From Stegostoma tigrinum (lineage: Eukaryota), in contig NC_081391.1 in assembly GCF_030684315.1 (NCBI RefSeq), positions 1,612,001-1,676,000 of the forward strand: a stretch of DNA of 64,000 nt, written 5' to 3'. A model generated the notes under the pieces. The model saw only the letters and a program-made list of their open reading frames with translations, was not told the DNA's origin and made no database searches. Below are positions 25,131-36,985 of this stretch, piece by piece. Numbering within the stretch: position 1 is the stretch's first letter; each line of letters starts with the position of its first letter. The position numbers and the translations under genes are program-made.

Positions 25131-26500
25131 ATGGGTCATTCTGCCCCCATATTTTCACTCTTTCTCCCCCCGCCACCCCCCCCCCCCCTCAGTCTGTTGT
25201 AATTTGCATTAGCATTTAGCAGGGTCTAACTAGTTGCTGCTGGAATGTCAGTTATTTGATGATAGATACTTCAATGTCTTGGAAGAGGGATTAAGTTCAA
25301 TATAAAGTTCACCCAGTCTGGAAGGGGAAAACTAGGAGGGCATAAATGTGCAAAGGAGGACAGGGTAACTGTTATAGACCACTCACCATTTGAATTAAAA
25401 CTTTCCATTATCAGCAAGATCAGCCCAGTTATTGCCCAATGCAGAATAAGAGACTGTCACCAAATTACTCTTTTTTTTTGAGTTAAAGAAATCTACATAT
25501 TATTAGACTCCTGACCAGTTTTTTGCTACTTTTTGATAAGTTTTTCTTTGTTTGACTTTGTCTTCAGGTGGTTTGCAGCTCACATTCTAACCTATAGACC
25601 TAATCTGTTTTGTGAAAAAAAGCCTTTTTAACTGAGAACGTGTCTGAATAGTTCAGTACCTTCCAATTTTTCTCAGTCCATGAATATGAATTCCCAACAC
25701 AAGGCAGTGACTGGTAGAAATGGGCTGTAATTGGAACCAAAGTAGAATTAGCTTAAGATAAGCAAGACCAATAAGCTAATATGCACAGCAAGCTAACATG
25801 CACGCAGTTAGCTTTTAATGCAGTTCAAGAATAAAGCAGTCTTGTTGCAATGATATCAGACTTTGTTGAGACCATAGCTATAGTACTACCTGTAGTTTGA
25901 GATTAGCTCCACTCCTAAGAAAACTTTGAGGTATGGGGGAGTGGATAGGAAAGCAGAAAGGAGAAGATAAGCCATGATCCTTTTTATCTGTTTGAATGAC
26001 CTACTTGTATCTTTTTAATGCATGATCCTATCTATCCAATCTACTTTTAAGTAAAGGCCTCATTGACAATTTAGTCTCAGTCAGGAATATTGCTGTATGT
26101 TGCAAATGAGTAGTGCTGACCACAACTTTTAAAAAAGTTCTTTAAGGTGCACACTGATATAACTGTAACCGCCTCAAATTGGTGAAATTTAAATTCATTT
26201 AACAAATCTGGAGTTGTCAGTCTATGATGGCCTTTGAACCATTTGTCTACTGTAAAATTCAGTCTGATTCACCAATCTTTTGTCATTCATATCTGTTCCA
26301 TTTTAATTGCTGTTTGAGGGCTGAGTGTGGCACACTGTGTCAAATAACACTGTTACAGGGTTGAAAAGCACTGAAACTAGATGGAACACCTGGCATTGAC
26401 TTCATACTACAAAGTCCTTGTCGACAACAGCTGCCTAGTTCCAAAATTAGGCGAGTATTTCACAGACTGGCCAAGCAACAAAGCAGCCTGACCTTGATTC

Positions 26501-26767
26501 CCTACCTCCCCACCTACACTTTCCTCTACAAGCTCCATCCCTGCCCCTTTAACTTGTCTCCTCTCTAACTATCTTCTTCTCCTATGCATCTTTGATCCGC
26601 CTCTCCCTATTTATTTTACAACCTTCAACCCTCCCCCTTTTCTGATGAAGGGTCTAGGCCCGCAACATCAGCTTTTGTGCTCCTGAGATGCTGCTGGGCC
26701 TGCTGTGTCCTTCCACCTCCACACTTTGTTATCTTGGATTCTCCAGCATCTGCAGTTCCCATTATCT
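26501..26767 (+). mobile_element. Penelope 3' fragment with 13-bp target-site duplication
   Basis: CTGACCTTGATTC at 26488-26500 and 26768-26780. CTGATGA..GCAAC hammerhead (GAAA mutated) at 26642-26669. Confidence 0.85.
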
Positions 26768-27197
26768 CTGACCTTGATTCTACATGTGGCTATTTCCCAG
26801 CTGTTACCATCAGTAGCCCTGCCTGTGGTAGTGATATACTAGGGGGTGGGAGTGGGTGGTGGAAGGAGAGTGTTTCCTGGGGATACTTCAATGTTGAGTT
26901 CAGACTTTGATGTCTTGTGGCAAGGGCACACGATATAATGTGGTGGGGAGGAAGAAGAGAAGTGGTTTGAAAGCACTACTGCTGCCGCCATGATCCTAAA
27001 ACATGTACCTTAAAGCTTGGGTCTGCAGTAGTTGACGAGGAAAGCAACAAGAGGGTCTTTGTCCTCACCAACCTACCTCTTGCAGCTGACAACCACCAAT
27101 TTTTTTTATGACAAAGCCCTGTTCTCATGCCCTCCATTGTCTGTTGTATAATCACTGCTAAATGTAAGACTACATGCTGATCTACCCATGAGGCACT

Positions 27198-27782
27198 ATA
27201 GAACATAGAACATTACAGCACAGTACAGGCACTTCGGCCCTCGATGTTGTGCCGACCTGTCATACCGATCTGAAGCCCATCTAACCTACACTATTCCATG
27301 TACGTCCATATGCTTATCCAATGACGACTTAAATGTACCTAAAGTTGGCAAACCTACTACCGTTGCAGGCAAAGTGTTCTATTGCCTTACTACTCTGAGT
27401 AAAGAAACTACCTCTGACATCTGTCCTCTCTCTTTCACCCCTCCAATTTAAAGCTATGCCCCCTCGTGCTCGCTGTCACCATCCTCGGAAAAAGGCTCTT
27501 CCCATCCACCCTACCTAACCCTCTGATTATTTTATATGTCTCAATTAAGTCACCTCTCAACCTTCTTCTTTCTAACAAAAACAGTCTCAAGTCCCTCAGC
27601 CTTTCCTCGTAAGACCATCCCTCCATACCAGGCAACATCCTAGTAAATCTCCTCTGCACCCTTTCCAAAGCTTCCACATCCTCCTTGTAATGCGGTGACC
27701 AGAACTGTACGCAATACTCCAAGTGCGGCCGCACCAGAGTTTTCTACAGCTGCAGCATAACCCCTTGGTTCCGGAACTCAAT
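27198..27782 (-). mobile_element. Young CR1/HER1-like LINE 3' end
   Basis: ORF RPHLEYCVQFWSPHYKEDVEALERVQRRFTRMLPG, a (tagaaca)n tail, and high similarity to 33825-34289. Confidence 0.9.
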
Positions 27783-27789
27783 CCGTCAA

Positions 27790-29495
27790 AACATCAACCA
27801 AATCATGTTTCAATACAATCTACGGTCTCTCAACATATTTTCCCCGATTTACCATTACCATCGAACAGGGGGATCAACCCTGGCTAAATGAAGAGTAGCA
27901 GCACCAGGCATGCCTAAATGTGAGGTGTCAACCTGGTGAAGTGACAAAACAGGACTATTTGTGTGCTGACAGCCTGTGATAGAGCTAAGTAATCTCGCAG
28001 CTAACAGATCGGATCTGACATCTGCAGTCTTGCCACATCTCATTGTGAATGGTGGTAGACAGTTAAATGACTCACTGGAGGCGGAGGCTGTACAAATAGG
28101 AGAATGGGCATCCTTTAATGATGGTGAGTCCACCACAGCAGTGCAAAAGATAAGACGGAAATGTTCGCAATAATCAGATCTGCCTCAGCCTCCTCCAGTG
28201 GTAGATGCCAGTATTCAGCAATTTGATTCACTCAATGATATCAAGAAATAGTTGGAAGCACTGGCTGGTGCAATGGCTATGGATGCTGACAACACTGGCA
28301 AAAGTACTGAAGGTGTGATCTTGCAGAACTTGCTGCACCCCTTGCCACGCTGTTCCAGTACAGCTGCAACGCTAGCATCTACTTTACAAAGTGGAAAATT
28401 GCCCAAGGCTATTCCATGCACAAAAAGCAATACAAATCTGACCAAAACAATTACTGCACCATCCGTCTGTGCTCAATCATCAAAGTGATAGGAGGTATCA
28501 TCAGTGCTATCAAGCAGCACTTGTTCAATCACCCACAGTTTGGATTCCTCCAACACTGCTCAGCTCCTGACCTCATTACAGCCTTGGTCAAAACATGGAC
28601 AAAAAATGCTGAATTCCAGAGGTGAGTTGAGTGACAGTCCTTGGCAGCATTTGATCACATAGCATTAAGGAAGATGGGGTAGTTGTTGGTCACTTACCTT
28701 AGTTCCAGGACATTTCTGTGGCAGTTCTTTCAACCACCTCCAGCTACTTCTTCAATAACCTTCCATCCTTCATCAGATCAGAAGTGGGGATATTTGCCAA
28801 TGATGACAAATGGGACCAGTTTAGTTTGGGAAACTTGGTCGGCATAGGTTAGTTGGACCGAAGAGTCTGTTTCCATGCTGTATGACTCTCTGATTGCACA
28901 GTGTACGTCATTCATGTCTACGTAAATATTGAAGCAGTCCGTGTTCAAATGCAGCAAAACCTGGACAATATTCAGGTGTGGGCTGATGTATTACTTGCCA
29001 CATGAGTGTCAGACAATGACTATTTCCAACAAAACATCCAATTGTTGCCCCTTGATGCTTAATATACTGAATCCACTACTATTAACATCCTGGGGTTACT
29101 ACTGGCCAGAAAATGAACTGAACTAGCCATATAAACACTAGCTACAATGGGTCAGAGACAAGGAATTTTGTGGCAAGAAACTCACTTTGGTCCCCCTAAT
29201 GCTTGCCCACCGTTTATAAGATCATGGTCAGGAATTTAGAAGGATAAGATCAGTTGATGCACCTGCAAGTTCCCTTCCCAGCCACTCACCATCCCGACTT
29301 GGAAATATATCACCATTCATTCACTGTCACTGGGTCAAGATCCTGAAATTCTCTTCCTAATAGCACACTCTATGTCCTTCTACTCTACAAACAACAGTTC
29401 ATGGAGGCTCACAACCACATTCTCCAGGGCAACTAGAAGTGAGTAACAAATGCTGGCAAAGCTAGTGCCACCCTCATCTCATGAATCAATTTAAA
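27790..29495 (+). mobile_element. Decayed LINE (CR1/L2 clade, second family)
   Basis: cagtttggattc..gctcctgacctcattacagccttgg and the 3' tail gggcaacta..aaatgctggc, shared with the 47270 copy. Confidence 0.7.
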
Positions 29496-29869
29496 AAATG
29501 TTAGTATTGCTGACAAAGCCAGCATTTATTGTTGCCTCTATTGAGCCAGAAATAAATACTGAATACCACGTACTATACATTTCTCCCCACACCTGCTACC
29601 AGACCTATGTTTCTCCAGTAATTTCTGTTTTCATGTATTAATGTAGACTGACTCAGTGTACAGTATTGTGTAACACTCTGCGCAGCAACATACACCGTTC
29701 AGCCTGTAATAAATGTTATGCTCTATTAACACCCACTGTATGCACTCAGTAACAAATGCTGATAGTTAAAGGAACATATGCATATTAAATTCACTGATAT
29801 TAGTTACCCAGTGAATATTACTGCCTGTTGCAACTGCTATATGAGGTAGGCCGTCTTGTGTTATCAAAC

Positions 29870-32410
29870 AAGAAGGTCATCGACTTATCTTGTCTGTACC
29901 GGCTCCTCAAAGAGCTATCCACTTAGTCCCATTCCCGCCCTATGTGCGGAGCCCTCTAAATTCATCACTTTCAAATATATGTCCAACTCTCTTTTGAAAT
30001 CTCGTATGGAATCTGCCTCCACCACTTTCCTAGACAGGGCATTCCAAATTCTAACAATTCTGAGTAAAGAAGTTTCTCTTCAGCTCGCTCCTCAGGTCAG
30101 TCTTGAAATTGTGAATGGTATGTCAGTGAATAGCAATCAGTGGGAACAGAATATCCTCCTTTACATTTTAAATTGGTTTATAATTTTGAATATTCAATAA
30201 GGTCCCCTCTTAATCTTCTCTGTCCCATGGAGATTAAACCCAATTTCTCTTATATTTCTTTGTATTTGAAATCCCCCATTCCTGGTATCATTCTACTAAA
30301 CGTCCTTTGCACTCTGTCTCCAAGGCCTTAACATCCTTGAATATGTGGCCTAAAAAGATACTCCAAATGTGGTCTGATCAATGATTTATAGAGGTAGCAT
30401 TACTTCTTTGCTTTTATACTCTATGCCTCCATTTCTCAACCCAAGAAACCTTTAAGTCGTCTTAACTGTTTCAATCTGCCTGGCAACCTTCGGAGAATCA
30501 TGCACGTAAACCTGGAGGTCCCTCTGCTCCTGTACTCCCCTCAGTATTGTCTTCTGCCAAAATGCTATACCTCACATTACTCATTTGGCCAACTTACCAA
30601 TGTCTCTGAAGTCATTCAGCATCATTCTCTCCATTCACAATTCTCCCTCGCTTAGTATCATCCACAAATTTTGAAATTTTGCCCTCAACATCCATCTCCA
30701 AATCATTTATATAAATCAGAAAAATGGGCCCCTGAGCCCTAGGGAACACCACTTTCAACTGGTATCCAATCTGAGATGTCCATCTGTACTGACCCTCTGT
30801 TCCAAGCTTTTAGCCAACTTCTAATCCATGCTACTAAGGGCCCATCAATCACAAACATTAATTTGCTAACCAACCTGCCATGTGGCATCATATCAAATGC
30901 TTTCTGCAAGTCCAAATATATAACAAACACAGCACTACCCTTGTCTACTGCCTGTGTCACATTGTCAAAGAACTCAACTTTGTCAGACTTGACCTGTCCT
31001 TGACAAAGCTATGTTGACTGTGTAGAATTAATTTACTTTCCTTTAAATGTGTATTTACTGTATCCTGTATTACGGCCTCCATCGGTTTCCAACCATTAAT
31101 GACAAACTGACAGGTGTGTAGTTTCCTGGGTTATCCTCTGCCCCTTTCTTAAACATGATGTTACATTTGCAATCCTCCAGCCTTCTGGGATTAATCCTTT
31201 GTTCAGAGAGATCTGGAAAATTTCTGTCAACAGCTCTGCAATTTTTCTCCCTTAATCCTCTCAGCAATCTAGTTTGCATCCCATCTGGGCCTGGTGACCT
31301 CTTTTACCTGGAGTGCTGCCAGCCTTTTTTGGAATCCCTTCTTTATCTATCACTATACTGCTCAGTTACTCAACGCTCACATTTTCAACTGAACCATTGT
31401 AACCATTTTCTAATTCGGCAAAGACAGAAGCAAAATATTAACTTAGCACCTCTGCCAACTTCTTTGCGTCAGTGAGTAATTGCCACTGCTTGTTACTTTT
31501 GGAACCCACTTTATCCTTCATTATCTTTCCCCATTTAATGTGTTTGTAGAACGTTTTAATGCAACCTGCCATCCTTTCCTCGTGCTTCCTTTTAGCCTTC
31601 TTTATTCCAGCCTATGCCTCTCTCTTGCATTTGAGATGCTCTTCCTGATTTCTGTTGCTATTATTATTTTCATATGCCTTTTTCTTTCTTATTTTTCTCA
31701 TCAATATCCTTTAGTTATCCAAGGTACTCTAGCTTTGGATATCTTTGTATTTATTTTTCATGGGTATGCACCTGAGTTGCACCCAATTATTTCTTTTGAA
31801 ATTTTCCCATTTTTCACCCACTGTTTCATCAACCAAAAAGCATTTCCAACCAACTTGCTCCAGTTCCACTTTCAGACCCCTAAAATTTGTTCTTTTTCTA
31901 GTCTTGGGGCATTAATCTCTTGACTGACTTTTATCGTTTTCGTATTTAATTGCTCGCTGAATCTGATGCTCTCCACTGCGATTTCCTCATTTTCTAGGAC
32001 CAGATCCAGCATAGCTTCCTTCCCTAGTAGGGCTGGGAGATGAACTGTTCTAGAAAGCTTCAATTGCAAGAAATTCTCTGCTTCCATGGTCCTCATACTA
32101 CCTTTTCCCCAGTCTACCCTGAGGTAATTGAAAACATCGAACATAACTCTCTATTCATCCTGCAAATTTCCATAATTTGCCTACAAATGCTTTCTCCTAC
32201 TTCCTCCCCACTATTTGAGGATCTATAATAAATACACAACAAGGTCAATGCTCCCTTCCTGTTTCTCACCTCTAACTATACAGATTCTGATTTTGGAATT
32301 GCATCTCATTCAAGGGCAATGATACTATCTTCACCCAAAGCTGTAATACCTCTTCCCTTTTCACACACTTTGTTTCTACTAAAAGCCTTATAACCTGGGA
32401 TATTAAATAC
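29870..32410 (-). mobile_element. Long decayed CR1-like LINE
   Basis: ORFs with IYLDLQKAFDMMPH..SGVP, DNPGNYTPVSL and AMLDLVLEN (endonuclease and RT). Confidence 0.8.
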
Positions 32411-32419
32411 CTATTCAGA

Positions 32420-32608
32420 GACAGTAGGAACTGCTGATGCTGGAGAATCTATTTATTTCAGAATCCCCTTCCCCACCCCCTTTTCTGAAGAAGGGTCCAG
32501 ACCTGAAATGTCAGCTTTCCTGTTCCTCTGATGCTGTTTGGCCTGCTGTGTTCATCCTACTCTACACCTTGTTATCTCAGATTCTCCAACATCAGCAGTA
32601 CCTACTAT
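32420..32608 (+). mobile_element. Penelope 3' fragment with short inverted 5' copy of its terminus
   Basis: agtaggaactgctgatgctggagaatc ... gattctccaacatcagcagtacctact. Hammerhead-like core at 32485-32512. Confidence 0.75.
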
Positions 32609-33824
32609 ATGTGAATAAAAGACAGACATGTTTTCAGAAAACACTAAGTAATTCCACTCCTCACATCAGAGACGGCTGTACCTCTTTTGTTCTTACAGCT
32701 GATTCTGAAATTAATTTGACATGCATATTTCCATGACTACTTGTTGCTGTATTATGTTATTTGAGGATACAGAGGAAAGATGGGTAATTGCTAAATTGTA
32801 TTTGGATACTTAAGTAGTGGAAAGTTGCTACTTTGGAAAATGCTTTGCTATATGCTTGCTCCTCTTGATTTTCTAGAAGTTTGTGTCTAAAAACAAATGC
32901 ATTAGCTGTGAGAAAATGATAATTCTTGCTTTCTGAATTCTGGCATGACGTGTTAGTCCTTTTTTTTAAAAAAAAAATGCACATGATGTCCCTAAAGTTA
33001 TCTGCACCAGGTTTACATATGAGCTTATCACAAACATTAAATTTCATTTCTTTTTGTTGGGTGAGAAACATCTGACATTTCACTTTGAGCAACTATGCGA
33101 GGTGTAGATATGGTAATGAGTAAAATATTATCAGCAAAACCACTTTGCTGATAAATACAGGAACTCTTGGAGATCAATCTTTCGATGTTTTTCAACGGAA
33201 CATGTTTGTTATTTTTAATTGGGAGTTGTTGTCACTAGGGTAATCCAGATAGTAAGCACTTACCTATTGTAATCTTTTTATTTGCTTTTTTTTCCGACAT
33301 TCCTATTCAAACAAGAAGCTGGAAGGATATGGAAGAGAGAGAACATGGGGAAATAAATAGCGACATCTTGAAAAATGTTCATATTACGGAGGAGGGTTGC
33401 TGGATGTCTTAAAACACGTTAAGGTGGATAGATCCCTGGGACCTGGTCAGGTGCACCCTAGAAATCTATGGGATCCTAGGGAAGTGATTGCTGAGACCCT
33501 TGCTGAGATATTTATATCATCGATAGCCACAGGTGAGGTGCTGGAAGCCTGGAGGTTGGCTAACATGGTGCTGCTAGTTAAGAAAGGTGGTAAGGAAAAG
33601 CCAGGGAACTACAAACTAGTGAGCCTGACATTGGTGGGCAAGTTGTTGGAGGTAATCCTGAAGGGCAAGATTTAAATGCATTTCGAAAGGCAAAGGCTGA
33701 TTAGGGATAGTCAGCATAGCTTTGTACAGGGGGGAAATTGGGTCTCACTAACTTGATGGAGATTTTTTTGAAGAAGTAACATAGGATTGACGATGCAGAG
33801 CGGTGGATGTAATCTCTATGGACT

Positions 33825-34289
33825 TAGAACATTACAGCACAGTACAGGCCCTTCGGCCCTTGATGTTGTGCCGACCTGTCATACCGATCTGAAGCCCATC
33901 TAACCTAAACTATTCCATGTGCTTGTCCATATGCTGACTTAAATGTACTTAAAGTTGGCGAATCTACTACCGTTGCAGGCAAAGTGTTCCATTCCATTGC
34001 TACTCTGAGTAAAGAAACTACCCCTTACATCTGTCCTATATCTTTCACCCCTCAATTTAAAACTATGCCCCCTCGTGCTCGCTGTCACCATCCTAGGAAA
34101 AAAGCTCTCCCTATCCACCCTACCTAACCCTCTGATTATTTTATATGTCTCAATTAAATCACCCCTCAACCTTCTTCTCTCTAACGAAAACAGCCTCAAA
34201 TCCCTCCACCTTTCCTCATAAGATCTTCCCTCCATACCAGGCAACATCCTAGTAAATCTCCTCTGCACCTTTTCCAAAGCTTCCACATC
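33825..34289 (-). mobile_element. Young CR1/HER1-like LINE 3' end, inserted in an older plus-strand CR1 (about 33340-34410)
   Basis: ORF EALEKVQRRFTRMLPGMEG. Host CR1 (KEKPGNYKLVSLT..YMD / VPHGGLVSK) continues on both sides. Confidence 0.88.
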
Positions 34290-34419
34290 GGTTCCTCATG
34301 GTGGATTGGTTAGCAAGGTTATCACATGGAATACAGGGAGGACCACCCATTTGGATACAGAACTGGCTCAGAAGTTGAAGGCAGAGGGAGCCAGTGGAGG
34401 GTTGTGTGGCTCAGATGGG

Positions 34420-35490
34420 GATCTTTCAGGTGGTGGCATTCCTATGCATCTACTGCCCTTTCAGGCAGTTGTGATTGTGGGTTTGAAAGATGTTATCTGG
34501 GGACTGTTGGTGAATTTCTGCAGTGCAACTTGCAGATGGTATGTACTGCTGCTAATGAGGAGTGGATGCTTGTGGATGAACTGCCAATCAAGAAACAATT
34601 TTTCCTGGATAGTATTGAGCTTTTTGAATGTGGTAGGAGTTACTTTCTTCCAGGCAAGTGGGAACTATTCCACCCTCTCTTGTAGATAGTGAATGAGATC
34701 TGGAGAGTCAGGAAGGGAGTTACTCATGACAGTATTCCTAGCCTGTAGCCCATTCTTGTGGTTACAAATCTTTACATGGCTACTCCAGTTAAGTTTGAGT
34801 TCAGTTTAGTAACCCCCAGGATGTGACTAGTGGTGGTTTCAGTGATGGTAATGCCATTGAACGTCAAGGGTTGAAGTTGGATTGTTTCTTACTGGAGATG
34901 GTCATTGTCATTTGTTTGGCATAAATCATATTTGCCACTTTTCAACCCAAGCCTGGATCTTGTCGCATTTGAATATGGACTGCTTCAGTACCTGAGTCAA
35001 ATGGTTTTGAACATTGGTAAACATCCCCACTTCTGACCTTTTTGATGGAGGGAAGATCATTGGTGAAGCAGCTGAAGATGGTTGGGGCATGGAACACTAC
35101 CCTGAGGAACTCCTGCAGAGGTGTCCTGGAGCTGAGATGACTGACCCCTAACAACCTCAATGATCTTCACATGTGCCAGGTATGTCTCTAATCAGTGGAG
35201 AGCTTGCCCCCATACATACTGATTTCAGTTTTGCTAGGGTTTCTTAATACCACACAATCAAATGTGACCTTGAGGTCAAGGGCTGTCACTCACATCACCT
35301 CTGGAATTCAGCTCTTTTGGCTGTCACGGGGTTACGGACCGCGTGACCCTGGAGCAACCCAAACTGGGCATCACTGAGCAGGATTTTGCTGAGCTGGTGC
35401 AGCTTGATAGCACTGTTGTTGACACCATCCATCACTTTACAGATGATTGAGAGTAGACTAATAGGGCAGTAATAATGCAGTTGGATTAGT
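34420..35490 (-). mobile_element. Decayed LINE (second family)
   Basis: PISLLSIICKVMDG..LLSDAQFG and FSCFTNDLPS fragments. Confidence 0.7.
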
Positions 35491-35507
35491 GCAGGTAAGA
35501 AACTAAA

Positions 35508-35732
35508 GAACTGCAGATGCTGTAAATCAGGAAACAAAACATATTGCTGTAAAAGCTCAGCATGTCTGGCAGCATCTGAAGGAGAAAACAGAGTTAGTGT
35601 TTCAGGTCTAGTAAGCTCTAAGTTCTGAGGAAGGGTAACCGGACCTGAAACGTTAACTCTGTTTTCTCCCTCACACCTGCCGAGCTTTTCCACCAATTTT
35701 TGTTTTTCTTCCTGATTTACAGCATCCACTTT
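35508..35732. mobile_element. Palindromic Penelope-derived short element
   Basis: gatgctgtaaatcaggaa..ggagaaaacagagtta is mirrored by taactctgttttctcc..ttcctgatttacagcatc. Contains the 35621 hammerhead. Confidence 0.8.
35621..35658 (+). ncRNA. Minimal type I hammerhead ribozyme motif (best-paired copy)
   Basis: AGUU-CUGAGGA-A-GGGU(aaccgg)ACCU-GAAA-C-GUU-AACU: 4-bp helix I (AGUU/AACU), 4-bp helix II, palindromic AACGUU in place of helix III. Confidence 0.65.
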
Positions 35733-35924
35733 TTCTGGATTTTATGCAGTTCCACTGGTGGCCATAGTGGGCGCTCTGTGTCGGTGTGCAGTTTCCTTCC
35801 GGTGGCCGCAGTAGGCGCGCCGTGTCGGTGTGCGATTCCCCTGTTGACCAGAGTGGGCGCGCTGTGTAGCCATCCAGTTCCCCTTGTGGCCTTAGGAGGC
35901 GCGCTGTGTCGGGATGCATTAACA

Positions 35925-36143
35925 GAGATGATAAGAGTTGGAGAATCTGAGATAACAAAGTGTAGAGCTGGATGAATACAGCAGGCCAAGCAGCATCAGA
36001 GGAGCAGGAAAGCTGACGTTTCAGGCCCAGACCTTAGGGATCGATGCAGGGCCCGAAACGTCAGCTTTTGTGCTCCTCTAAGATACTGCTTGGCCCCACA
36101 CTGTTACCTTGGATTCTCCAGCGTCTGCAGATCCCATTATCTC
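35925..36143. mobile_element. Palindromic Penelope-derived element inside the MICALL1 promoter
   Basis: aagctgacgtttcaggccc and gggcccgaaacgtcagctt form inverted arms. Ends in cccattatctc like the 8246 and 26501 copies. Confidence 0.8.
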
Positions 36144-36192
36144 GGACCGATGCAGTCCCCCTGGTGGTCGGAGGGGGCGCGCTGTGTCGCGC

Positions 36193-36224
36193 TGCAGTAC
36201 CCTGGGCGTCTGTAGGGGGCGCAG
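36193..36224 (+). promoter_or_regulatory. Candidate CTCF site (upstream module plus core)
   Basis: TGCAGTACC, a 7-nt spacer, then TCTGTAGGGGGCGC, matching CCASYAGRKGGCRS at 12 of 14 positions. Confidence 0.6.
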
Positions 36225-36279
36225 TAGGCGGAACAGGAGTGTCGAGGAGCGGAAGTGGCGGGTGTCTGGAGCCGCTCCC

Positions 36280-36419
36280 ATGGCGACCCGAGCGCTGCAG
36301 GAATGGGCCCGTCTACAGGTGTTGGGATACCCGGGGGTCGAGGTGACGAACATGAGCTCGAGCTTCAGGGACGGGCTTGCCTTTTGTGCCATCATCCACC
36401 GGCACCGCCCTGAGCTGAT
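36280..36419 (+). CDS. MICALL1: MICAL-like protein 1, coding exon 1 (start of calponin-homology domain)
   Basis: cccATGGcg start in a CpG island. Translates [46 protein letters not shown](I). Phase-2 donor AT|GTGAGT at 36420. Confidence 0.9.
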
Positions 36420-36985
36420 GTGAGTGTCTGGGGAGGCCGTGCAGGGAGGGTCTCTTCCCCCGCCCCAGCCCTGAGGTGAAGAAGTACAGGGCTCTCTACC
36501 CCAGCCCTGAGTGACCATGGGGTACCTGGTCAGGGAGAGTATCCCCTAGGGGAGTTCTCGGTACAGTGTTTCACCCAGCATGGAGAGTGGAGTGAGAAAG
36601 ACGGGGCTTCGGGACCCTGAACTGTTCCTTCATCTCTTCTGGCTGTAAGCTGGCTTGTTGGTCCCTGTTGGAACTGCTCCGGCCTGGACAGAGCTGGGCA
36701 AAGTGAGCACCCAGTCTCACCCCGTGCCACGTTCTCCTTGGCCCAGGGCATGCTTCTAGAGTAGCACAGAACAGCAGGGATCAGAATAACTGACTGCTGA
36801 AGTGTAAATTTTTCAGTTACGTGGATTGGCCATGCTAAATTGCCCCATAGAGTCCCGGCTAGCTGGATTAGCCACAAGGTAAATGTGGTGTTACAGGGAT
36901 GGGGGTGGGAAGGTGGATCTAGCGGGAAGGTGGATCTAGCGGGATGTTCTTTGGGGGATCACAGCAGACGCAGTGGGATGAATGG

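Larger units (their letters stand above)
35745..36224 (+). repeat. Degenerate 42-bp tandem repeat (6 full units plus 1 interrupted), split by a Penelope-derived insertion
   Basis: Units begin at 35745, 35787, 35831, 35873, 35915 (interrupted), 36151 and 36193. Consensus approximately TGCAGTTCCCCTGGTGGCCNNAGNGGGCGCGCTGTGTCGGNN. Confidence 0.85.
35745..36480 (+). promoter_or_regulatory. CpG-island promoter of MICALL1
   Basis: The most CpG-dense segment of the window, spanning exon 1. ETS/GABPA-type CGGAAGTG at 36250-36257; no TATA box seen. Confidence 0.75.

Noticed and set aside
36109-36423. 104-aa ORF as a standalone small protein
   Set aside because: Its N-terminal half is Penelope and promoter-repeat sequence. 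The real CDS starts at 36280 and splices at 36419, before the apparent stop.
36907-36940. 17-bp tandem duplication (also a 12-bp duplication near 60399-60424)
   Set aside because: Slippage duplications inside SINE or LINE remnants.
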